In this document: positions 12,980-23,844 of the stretch, one piece after another
Position numbering within the stretch: position 1 is the first letter of the stretch
How the letters are laid out: each line of letters opens with the position of its first letter
Assembly: GCF_000485595.1 (NCBI RefSeq)
Contig: NW_014577063.1
Span: 948,822 to 1,012,821, forward strand
Reading direction: 5' to 3'
Source: Priapulus caudatus
Lineage: Eukaryota
DNA: 64,000 nucleotides
The notes under the pieces: model-generated
Seen by the model: the letters and a program-made list of their open reading frames with translations, nothing else
The model's database searches: none
What the model was told of the DNA's origin: nothing
Position numbers and translations under genes: made by a program

Positions 12980-12997
<18 letters not shown>

Positions 12998-13020
<23 letters not shown>

Positions 13021-13537
13021 TGCCTAGGAGACCGAAACGGGCATTACACAGAATATATATATATAGGCCCCTATATATTAAACTGCGAGGCTACGCCTAC
13101 GATGACGACGCTATATGGCGCAGGATAGCGTCCCTTGGCAAGAAGTCCTGTTGATCGACGGCACAGCTTAGCTGAGACGGCCGCAAATAAATCTTGTTGC
13201 TTGATTGCCATAGCTTGGGCTATAACTATTTGGGGTGTGACCAAGCTTGGGTAGAGCCAGATAGTTTAGTTTTTTAGCCAAAAAGCACTGAGGGTGGTCA
13301 CAGCCAGAGTTTTTTTTGGGCCACCAGTGGTTCTTCTCCGTCCCCATTGGTCTTAGTATTACTGGAGACGGGACCGCCATTTTACGTAGTCATCCGAGCC
13401 ACGGGAGATTCACAGTCTCCAATGTTGAGAGCCAGGTTTTTACACGTTGAGAAAATTTACTGACCCGGCAGGGGTTTGAACTCACAGCCTTCAGTGGACA
13501 GTGTACGAGGCTAAACCACTGGCCCACGGAAGCTCTC
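12998..13537 (-). mobile_element. tRNA-derived SINE
   Basis: Minus-strand head GAGAGCTTCCGTGGGCCAGTGG (A box) ... GAGTTCAAACC (B box); (ATT)n tail; inserted in (TA)n. Confidence 0.75.
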
Positions 13538-13573
13538 ATATATATATATATATATACTGATGTTTACCCCCAG

Positions 13574-13752
13574 ATCATCAAGGCGGCGAGCCCGTTGTTC
13601 TGCTACCTGATTGCAATTGGGGCGCTGCTGATGTGCGGTGACGTCATATTGCTGTTCTTCAAGCCGTCGGATGCACTCTGCATGACGGCACCGTGGTTTC
13701 ATCATTTCGGATTTTTTCTCATGTACGGCTCACTATTACTTCGGACGTGGAG
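13574..13752 (+). CDS. GPCR exon, TM2-TM3
   Basis: ccccag| acceptor, ag|gtaggt donor, phase 0-2; IIKAASPLFCYLIAIGALL...CMTAPWFHHFGFFLMYGSLLLRTWR (class C 7TM motifs). Confidence 0.93.
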
Positions 13753-13922
13753 GTAGGTTGTCTTGCTCCTTAGAAACCGGAACGTATATTGCCATACACA
13801 TACTACAATACATCATGTACATGTACATTGTTGTTCAAAACACGAATGGATAAAGAAAGTAATCTTTCTTCGAATCCAAGAAATAATTGAACAGCCCAAA
13901 TCGTTATCCAACATTTCCGGTT

Positions 13923-14069
13923 AAGCGCGTGTACAGGATTTGTAGCAGGGGGGGGGTCTGGGGGCCCTCCCCCATAAATTTTTTGAAATTAGACCCCCTC
14001 AGATGCGTTTTCTGTGCGAGCAGGGGGGGGGGCCGGAACCCCTGAACCCCCCCCCTGTACACGCCCCTG
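13923..14069. mobile_element. hAT-like MITE
   Basis: gcgtgtacagg...cctgtacacgcccctg terminal inverted repeats with poly-G/poly-C internal tracts; left end degenerate. Confidence 0.55.
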
Positions 14070-14083
14070 GCGGTTGATAACTA

Positions 14084-14122
14084 CAAGAGTACATAATAGA
14101 GAATCTCTATTATGTACTCTTG
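14084..14122. mobile_element. 39-bp palindromic TIR-only element or footprint
   Basis: caagagtacataatagagaatctctattatgtactcttg flanked by ataacta twice. Confidence 0.85.
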
Positions 14123-14321
14123 ATAACTAGTAACAAAAGTAAGAAATAATACCAAAAACAGTACCAGTACAAAAGTAGCGAATAAATTAATGCATATATA
14201 CTATACGAATATATACAATGAAACAAAGAAGATAATTTATCATTCAATACGTATCCTATAGTTTCCTACCATTAGTGGTATAGAATCACTTATCGCCAAT
14301 CAATTTTTTAATCAATACTAG

Positions 14322-14536
14322 GGTATCACAAATCTTCAAAGTGAAATCAGCTAAGCAACTGAAGCTTGGCGATAAAGATCTCGGAAAGCGGCTGATACCG
14401 ATCTGCACTGTTGCCGTCGGTTATCTATTGGCATGGACGCTGGGCAGTCCCTCCTACGCCATCACTATCAAGAACCAGGACGATCTCAAGATATACTACT
14501 GTTCACACGATTGGTGGCAGTACGCGGCTACATTAG
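14322..14536 (+). CDS. GPCR exon, ICL2-TM4-ECL2
   Basis: tactag| acceptor, g|gtacat donor, phase 2-1; VSQIFKVKSAKQLKLGDKDL...YLLAWT...YYCSHDWWQY. Confidence 0.92.
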
Positions 14537-15117
14537 GTACATCACACAGTAGTTTTTTATTCGTACAAGATTGTCATAGCCAGTACGTTCCTCATGTATC
14601 TATCTATTCATCTGTCTACCAGACTTCGATCTCAGGATATACTACTATTCACACGATTGGTGACAATACGCGGTTACTTGCTATGCTTACAATGCTAGGT
14701 ACTTTATACTGTCGTTTTTTTATTCGTACAAGATTCTCATAGTCAGTAGTTATACGTTCATTATGTATCTATCTACCAGGTTTCGTTTCGCTTCCTGTAG
14801 CGCATATGTTGTCGTATAAGAACATACGATTTGGAATGTATAATATAGATCTACAACAAAAATCTATAATGTAGATCTAAAGTAGAGATTGTAGATCTAT
14901 AATATAGATCTAGATATCTATATTATCATCACATCAGTCCACAGCCATTGCACGCAGTTTCACCAGGCGCATTATCCCAATGTTACAAGTTTATACTATG
15001 TTCGTGCTGGATAGCACTCCCTGTAATTACACCGTATAGTTTTAAGATGATTAGACATTTTGAGAATTGTCAAGGTTCATTGATGAATATATACGGATAT
15101 TTCTCTATTCATATCAG

Positions 15118-15256
15118 GGCAATGTACATTTCTGCTATGGGGCGTGTACTTGTGCTACAGCGTCAGAAAAGCGCCATCTAGTTTCAACGAGAGCAAGTTC
15201 ATATCATGGGCCATTTACAACACAATATTCATGAACAACTTCATTGTTATCATCAG
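15118..15256 (+). CDS. GPCR exon, TM5-TM6
   Basis: tatcag| acceptor, ag|gtaaat donor, phase 1-2; FLLWGVYLCYSVRKAPSSFNESKFISWAIYN (FNES motif). Confidence 0.93.
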
Positions 15257-15530
15257 GTAAATATATTGAATTAGGTTACATCATACTGCATCATTTCTAT
15301 GCGCCATGCATACTTACTTCATTACTACCATAGCAAAAAAAACAACTGTCGCATTAAAGCATAAAAAGTGGTCAGTTTCCGTTGGAAAATAGATGAGGCA
15401 TATAAAAACTGCACGATAAACTTCAATTTTCAATAAACAGTTACACCAGGCCACCCACATCTTCTGTATAAGTTAGAAACACAGTAGAATAGAGAGCGAG
15501 GATTTACTTATCTTAATCATCTGTATTAAC

Positions 15531-15569
15531 CAGGAGTAGATAATAGGGAATCCCTATTATCTACTCCTG
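15531..15569. mobile_element. 39-bp palindromic TIR-only element or footprint
   Basis: caggagtagataatagggaatccctattatctactcctg flanked by gtattaac twice. Confidence 0.85.
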
Positions 15570-15644
15570 GTATTAACATATCTACTTATGAATACATTTC
15601 GGGTTATATCGATTTTGAAGACGTATACGTGTACTTTTTTTCAG

Positions 15645-15750
15645 GGTCGTAATACTCGGCTCTGTAGGTCCCGATTTGCTATATATGCTACACGTCATTC
15701 AGCTACAAGTTCCGGCCACGATTACGCTCCTACTAATATTTGCTCCAAAG
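15645..15750 (+). CDS. GPCR exon, TM7
   Basis: ttttcag| acceptor, aag|gtaata donor, phase 2-0; GPDLLYMLHVIQLQVPATITLLLIFAPK. Confidence 0.92.
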
Positions 15751-15977
15751 GTAATAACAACGTTAATTTAATATCGCCAATAATATCGAACTTTAATGAA
15801 ATACCATCGGCTTAGTGGATTTGCCAGCGTTCATTCAACCAATCAGCGCCCCCGATTCCCATGACGTCATGTGGCAATCTGTGGCATATCCTCTAACCGT
15901 TAGTTATTAATTACATAAGAGCATGTCGTGTTTAAGAAGATCGGTGTCAAGAGAGGCCGTATCAAGTCCGTATTTCG

Positions 15978-18505
15978 CATATTCTATATGTCTACAGGCC
16001 TTATATATACTCTACATATATTCTATAGGTCTACAGGTCTTATATATGCTACATATTTTCTATATGTCTACAGGTCTTATATATACTACATATCTTCTAT
16101 ATGTCTACAGGTCTTATATATACTACATATCTTATTAGCTTTTGATATCTTCTATAGGTCTACAGGTCTTATATATGCTATATATCCTCTATATGTCTAC
16201 AGGTCCTACAGGTCTTATATATGCTACATATCTTCTATAGGTATACAGGCCTTATATATGCTACATATCTTCAAGAGCTAATAATACCTAGAGTGTACAA
16301 CGGAAAAACGGGAAAATAGTGCTATTTCACGACTACATTATTCTACTTTGTAACGCTTGTAACTACTTGTAGACGCGTGTAGGTTGCTGAATAAAGTGGA
16401 TGCGAAGCGGCGTAAGGCATGTGGGAGGGGAGGTTTAGGAGCCGATATCTCCGCCTAGGAGTATCGTATTGACAAGCGGTTGGTCTTGTTGTAGAGAGCA
16501 AGGAATTCTGCTTAATGCAATACCATGAAATTATTCTAGACTCGCAGGCAAAGTAGAATAATGTAGTCGTGAAATGGCACTATTTTCCCGTTTTTCCGTT
16601 GTACACTCTAGGTATTATTAGCTCTTGATATCTTCTATAGGTATACAGGCCTTATATATACTACATATATTCTATATGTCTACAGGTCTTATATATGCTA
16701 CATATCTTTTATATGTCTACAGGTTTTATATATATTACAAATTTTCTATATGTCTACAGGTCTTATATATGCTACATATATTCTATAGGTATACAGGTCT
16801 TATATATACTACATATATTCTATAGGTCTACAGGTCTTATATATACTACATATATACTATAGGTCTACAGGTCTTATATATGCTACATATCTTCTATAGG
16901 TCTACAGGTCTTATATATGCTACATATATTCTATAGGTCTACAGGTCCTATATATGCTACATATATTCTATAGGTCTACAGGTCCTATATATGCTACATA
17001 TATTCTATAGGTCTACAGGTCCTATATATGCTACATATATTCTATAGGTCTACAGGTCTTATATATGCTATATATCTTTGATATGTCTACAGGTCTTATA
17101 TATGCTACATATATTCTATAGGTCTACAGGTCTTATATATACTACATATATTCTATAGGTCTACAGGTCTTATATATGCTATATATCTTTGATATGTCTA
17201 CAGGTCTTATATATACTACATATATACTATAGGTCTACAGGTCTTATATATGCTACATATCTTCTATATGTCTACAGGTCTTATATATACTACATATATA
17301 CTATATGTCTACAGGTCTTATATATGCTACATATCTTCTATAGGTCTACAGGTCTTATATATGCTACATATATTCTATAGGTCTACAGGTCTTATATATA
17401 CTACATATATTCTATATGTCTACAGGTCTTATATATGCTACATATCTTCTATAGGTATACAGGCCTTATATATACTACATATATTCTATATTTCTACAGG
17501 TCTTATATATGCTACATATCTTCTATAGGTATACAGGCCTTATATATACTACATATATTCTATATTTCTACAGGTCTTATATATACTACATATCTTTTAT
17601 ATGTCTACAGGTCTTATATATATTACAAATTTTCTATATGTCTACAGGTCTTATATATACTACATATATACTATAGGTATACAGGTTTTATATATGCTAC
17701 ATATCTTCTATATGTCTACAGGTCTCATATATACTACATATCTTCTATAGGTATACAGGCCTTATATATACTACATATATTCTATAGGTCTACAGGTCTT
17801 ATATATGCTACATATCTTTTATATGTCTACAGGTCTTATATATATTACAAATTTTCTATATGTCTACAGGTCTTATATATGCTACATATATTCTATAGGT
17901 ATACAGGTCTTATATATACTACATATATTCTATAGGTCTACAGGTCTTATATATACTACATATATACTATAGGTCTACAGGTCTTATATATGCTACATAT
18001 CTTCTATAGGTCTACAGGTCTTATATATGCTACATATATTCTATAGGTCTACAGGTCTTATATATGCTATATATCTTCTATAGGTCTACAGGTCCTATAT
18101 ATGCTACATATCTTCTATAGGTCTACAGGTCTTATATATGCTACATATATTCTATAGGTCTACAGGTCTTATATATGCTATATATCTTTGATATGTCTAC
18201 AGGTTTTATATATACTACATATATACTATATGTCTATAGGTCTTATATATGCTACATATCTTCTATAGGTCTACAGGTCTTATATATGCTACATATATTC
18301 TATAGGTCTACAGGTCTTATATATGCTATATATCTTTGATATGTCTACAGGTCTTATATATGCTACATATATTCTATAGATATACAGGTCTTATATATAC
18401 TACATATCTTCTATATGTCTACAGGTCTTATATACGCTACATATCTTCTATATATATATATATATACATGTCTTACATATACTACATATCTTCTATAGGT
18501 CTACA
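15978..18505. repeat. 37-bp minisatellite, about 58 units, split by a MITE
   Basis: Unit ctacatatcttctataggtctacaggtcttatatatg. Confidence 0.95.
16272..16627. mobile_element. P-superfamily-like MITE with ~79-bp TIRs and 7-bp TSD
   Basis: CAAGAGCTAATAATACC...GGTATTATTAGCTCTTG; TSD atatctt; neighbouring satellite units show the empty site. Confidence 0.9.
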
Positions 18506-18642
18506 TGATCCACTCCGCGGAAGAGCCTTCAAACGCTCCTGGCGCCTCTGTGACTGGATACAGAACGAACAGGGTGGCACCTGCCCCTCCTGCTGTTGCC
18601 TCTGTCAGCGGGGGCTTAGCTCTTCCGCCTCCACCAAGCTAG
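18499..18642 (+). CDS. GPCR terminal exon (short cytoplasmic tail)
   Basis: ttctatag| acceptor at the last satellite unit, phase 0; joins to give IFAPK|VYMIHSAEEPSNAPG...PPPPS*. Confidence 0.75.
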   Translation, partial: VYMIHSAEEPSNAPGASVTGYRTNRVAPAPPAVASVSGGLALPPPPS

Positions 18643-18757
18643 ATACTCTGCAGTGCACAGACATTTGCGTGCCCGTGAAATAGTAGACGTCCCGAGATTC
18701 GAAGTCGACACGTGAGAGTTCGTAAAAGTGCTGTCGTTAGCACGCGTTATATAACAC

Positions 18758-18810
18758 TAATAATAATAATAACAATAACAATAACAATAATAATATTGTT
18801 ATTAATAATA

Positions 18811-18847
<37 letters not shown>

Positions 18848-18865
18848 TATTATTGTTATTTTTTC

Positions 18866-18943
<78 letters not shown>

Positions 18944-19160
18944 AAAATAGTGTCGTGTTATATATTTTATCTTGATAATCGACTGGACGTCATACGTTTC
19001 AATTACGCAAGCACGCACACGTGTACGCACGCACGCACGCACGCACGCACGCCCGCACGCACGCACGCCCACACGCACACACGCACGCATGCACGCGCCT
19101 ACACGATATATATATATATATATATATATAATTATATATACACACATATATATATATATA
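18758..19160. repeat. Compound microsatellite (AAT)n(TTA)n(GTA)n(GCAC)n(TA)n
   Basis: Visible directly. Confidence 0.9.
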
Positions 19161-19863
19161 TGTGATGTTATAACGGTAGAACGCTTACAAGGCTACATAG
19201 CTAACGCGTAGTCGTATGATGTCAACGTACCTTATTTGTCACCTATAGTTATAGTGTTCATGTTTGTCCCGCACGAGTAAAGCCAACGTATTCCAGTCAC
19301 TGTGTGTTCTATCGTTCGTACTGATCATCAGCTATACGCGAATAAAATCCTGGCGGCGGGGTGTAATGCAACTTGTTGAGGTAAAACGCTGTAACATCAT
19401 CTGCATGACTTGCTACATGTGTACAGTCAAATTGTTTTTCTGTAAACATAATGCGCATTTTTATACGTAATACCTACTTATGGGTATATTTCGAACGCAC
19501 AGAGGCCGTGTCTAAAGAAAGGCCGTATATATCAAGTTTAACTATCCTCGACATATGAGGAAGGTTTTCTACGTCATGTATTGGTACACTCTATGGCATA
19601 TTTGCCGCAGCTTTCTTACGTTTAACTGGTGGGTGGGGCATATTCTATTCTGGAATACAACCAGCTGGGTGACTAGTAAACATAAACCATATCGTTGACC
19701 ATATATATTCAATGTAATTAATTATGTAATTAATTATGTAATTAATGTATTATGTAATTATGTATTATGTATTATGTATTATGTATTATGTAATTATGTA
19801 ATTAATGTATTATGTAATGTATGTATGTAAATGGCTATTTCCCATATATATATATATATACAT

Positions 19864-19928
19864 CAAGAGTAAATAATAGAAAATTTTCTATTTCTTATTA
19901 ATTCAAAATGTTCTATTATTGACTCTTG
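19864..19928. mobile_element. TIR-only element or footprint
   Basis: caagagtaaataataga...tctattattgactcttg in an (AT)n context. Confidence 0.65.
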
Positions 19929-21286
19929 ATATATATATATTTAAATACGTAAACATATTTGGTGATATGTAATGTTTGATAGAGATGTGTATGGTACGTA
20001 GAACGAAGACATAGCATCTTTATTATGTATTGCAGCGCATCTTACAGCGGTTATATTTGTTTGCTTGGATGACTAAAATACACGACACTTCACTGTAAGT
20101 AAAACACATCCTATGCTGTACGTTACTGTTAGTAAGAACAAACAAAAATTCAATATGAGTAAAACGCATTGAACTAATGAAATTTTTACTTGAACTTTGA
20201 ATATTTATTAACCGCTATATTGTGATATATAAGGACGCTAAATACAAAGAAACGGATGTAAAATAACCTTGTTATTATACAAGGGCTGATCACCATTACA
20301 TAGATTTAAACAATTGGAGCAGCAACTATATTTTCTATGAAACCATTTTTTACTCGTCTAAAAAGTCATTATATTTGTGTATGATTTCATGGTAGTGCAC
20401 ATTGATCTTAGCGTAATTTGTGCCGAAATTATAGAAGCAATCCTAACAGCTATTTAAAATATCGTTATATAATTTAAACGTGAGTCACGGGGAAAACTAA
20501 AATTACGGTTTGCCTGATTGAACTATATTGCCCGATAAGGGATACTACATTTATACGATAACTATTACTGATGAAAAACGCCTATTCACGTCAGTGGTGG
20601 CATTAGCGCTTGCTAGCAAATGATGCATTTCTTGGTAAGTTGTCCGTTTTGCGTAAGCCATTCGGTGATTAAAATGCAGATTTTTCCTATTCAGTAGAAG
20701 TACAACAAAGAATGGCACAATGGTTATTCTGAATCAATGTAACCTGTAAGCCTTACAAAAACGAGAATTATACGGTAAAACGTAGTCGGTACGCATTTAA
20801 TCACAACGCTGATTTATTATTCCATATGCACGTGAAGTTATGTCACTAGTAAGATTTCGGTTCATTCAGATCATTTAATAGAAAAATTAGAGAAGAATAG
20901 AAAGAGAAAAATAGAAACGCTGGCAAATACTGCTTGCAAACTATTGCCACTGTGGTGACACAGACATGCTCGTAGTTATCCCAATGACTACGCTGAAACA
21001 AAGCTATAGATTCTACGTAAATAGTTTCAGATGAGTATATAGTTCAGCGCATGACATAACAACTCACCAGGAGGATCGGTACTTCATGCGCTAATGTTTT
21101 CCCGCTCTCATATCGTCAAGTATATCCACTATAAGAACAAAATGCATTGCGTCAGTCCATTCAACGATTGTTTGTTAAAATACGTATCAATAATGATGCT
21201 ACCGAGGAGGTACTATACCACTAATGATATCCTATCCATCTATCCCACCTATCCAAGTACTACCTTTTTATTCGATAACACACACA

Positions 21287-21325
<39 letters not shown>

Positions 21326-22321
21326 TAGTATTATTATACTTATATCTATGCGTACTCTTTGTGATGTGTCATGGATATATAACTATATATATATAGTATA
21401 CTATAGTATTATAGGTTAAGTATATTAAGTATAACTAATAAGTAGTATAGATAGATATAGGTAGGATATATTTATTGATTAGTAATTAGATATGTATTAC
21501 GCTGAAACTGAGAAATGAAAGATTGGATTGAATGTTAGCAAACTATACTTAACTCAATTGCATTCAGCAAGCAGGCGTCCTCTGAGCGGAGTGGCGCTCG
21601 CGACGTTTCCGGTTTCCTTGTCGCATATTATCCAGGACGTCCACTGCACATAAACATTAATAAAGAATGAAAGTCGTCTGTGCGTTTTTTATTATCATAT
21701 GCTTGTTTAAAAATAGTCTTTAAACGATGAATTGGTTTTGGACGCACGTTTTACATATCGTAGATGTGTTTGTTTGAATTCTGTAAATAAAAGGGTTTAT
21801 TTAATGCTACTCAAAATCGTTTTTTTTCCATTATACCTACCGATTCAGTCCGCATAACACATACCCGTGCGCCGCCGCAACACGTCTCGATCCATTCGAA
21901 CAGGGATACGCATGCAAGCGCATAGCATGCAGTGCCACAAACGTAACCACTTACTAATTGGCAATCGCAATCAAGGAGTCGTGTCCTCTGACGACTGTTG
22001 CGTCCACGTTTTAACGATTTCCCGTTTCCCTTGGTCGCATATCCCCCCAAAATTCTGTCCAGGATGTTCACTGTACATAAACATTGATGCAGAATAAAAC
22101 GCAGGTATGTCTCATGTTTGATTAAGTTGATCTTGTGTTGTCTCGAAAGATAGTTGTTGCGTTAAATTGGCGGCGTCGCAGATCTTACGCATTTATTAGG
22201 CACTTATTGTGGATCTGTATTATGTGGTGTGCGCTGCGTATGTGTGTGTGCGTGTCGTGGGCGTGCGCTGTGTGTCGTCGCGTGCGTTGGCGTGCGTAAG
22301 TTGTGTTGTGTGTGTGTGTGA

Positions 22322-22361
<40 letters not shown>

Positions 22362-23309
22362 GTGGTATGTGTGTGTGTGGTATGAAGGTGTGTTGTGTTT
22401 GGTGTGTGTCGACGCTCGCTCGCTCGTCGTGTATGTCTGCATTGGTGGTGTGTGTGATGGCGCTGCCGCATTCCGTGTGTTGTGTGTGGAGCGCGGGCGG
22501 CCGTGTGAGAGGCGCTGTGTGGCGTGTGTGGGCGTGCTAGTGCCGTGAGTGCTGCGACGGGTGCCGGTGTGTGTCGTGTTCGCTGTTTTGCGGGCGCGGT
22601 CTATATATTCTAAACATTGTAAGCCGGGGTCGTTCTGTTAAACAGTTGTTGCACCAATCACGGGGAGAGGGTAGGTCGCCTGACACGAAATCGGAGCACA
22701 CTTTGGGGCGCTATCCACGGTCACACATTTACCCATGCATCTACATTCACACGGACGAATGCAGCAATCACGCACGAAAGCACCGTTTTCGGCGGACGAA
22801 CACGTTTTCGCAGGCGAACACATTTGGCGGCATTCCAGAACCAACGGATTTCAATTGAAAAGCCAAATAAGACGCTATATACGATACCGGAGTAATCGAC
22901 AAAGGACAGTAATCGACATACACGAAATCCAGCTATATATCCAAGCTGCTCATCCCTCTAGTACATCCTTTAGTACAGGATTTACCTTAGCGGCAGCCAA
23001 AAACACATCACTTAACAGCGGCGCGCCAAATTCGCCTAACACGTGCACGCGCATTACACAGCGCAGACAGGGACACGTACGCACTTACTAATTTGCATCG
23101 GCAACTCGTCAAGATTTCCACTGCACATAATTATTTGGAGCAATAAAAAACAGTTTAAGTTTTGAGTTGTTTATTGGAAATAGTCGTCATAGTTCGTTTC
23201 AAGTTGGTTTCGTGATCGTTTCGGTGAAACAATGTTGTTTATATCTATCTAGCTTTAATATATATACTGCTACAGCTACTACTATATGTACAGCTATATA
23301 TTTACCTCT

Positions 23310-23321
23310 AGATATCTATCC

Positions 23322-23375
<54 letters not shown>

Positions 23376-23830
23376 TCTTATGCTATCTATTCTATCTATC
23401 TATCCTATCTATGCTATCTTATCTATCCTATTCTAATCTATCTATCTCATCTATCTAATCTATCTATGATATTCCCGTATCTATCTATCATATACTATCT
23501 ATCTATTCTATGCTATCTAGTCTATCTACTCCTATGTATCTATCTATCTATACTATGTCATCCTATCTATTTAATGCTATGTATCTATCTACCTATCTAG
23601 TCCAATCTATCTATCTATCTATCTATCTATCTATTCTCATCCTATGCTATCTAAGTCTATCTGATCCTATCATATTCTATTCTTATCTATGCTATTCTAT
23701 CTTATCTATCTATTTCTATCTAATCTAATCATATTCTAGTCTATCTATCTATGCTCATCTCTATCTACGGCTATCTATCCTATCTATCTTAGTCTAGTCT
23801 ATTCCTATCTATCTATCTATTTCTCTCTAT
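23310..23830. repeat. Degenerate (TATC)n
   Basis: Visible directly. Confidence 0.9.
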
Positions 23831-23844
23831 ACTTAAAATATATA

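Larger units (their letters stand above)
12279..12982. mobile_element. Fold-back element with ~285-bp inverted arms, probably Penelope-like (inverted pLTRs)
   Basis: Arms 12279-12565 and 12696-12982 are reverse complements with scattered substitutions; each carries hammerhead plus AATAAA pointing outward. Confidence 0.7.

Noticed and set aside
13021..13045. Hammerhead-like cctaggagaccgaaac
   Set aside because: Lacks CUGANGA and stem II; better explained as the SINE 3' stem-loop.
13462..13537. tRNA gene
   Set aside because: A and B boxes are present but there is no convincing acceptor stem, and it continues into a SINE body and tail.
15978..18505. CRISPR-like 37-bp periodicity
   Set aside because: Head-to-tail repeats with no unique spacers, no cas genes, in a eukaryotic intron.
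15923..18683. Tyr/Ile-rich ORFs
   Set aside because: Products of the 37-bp satellite.
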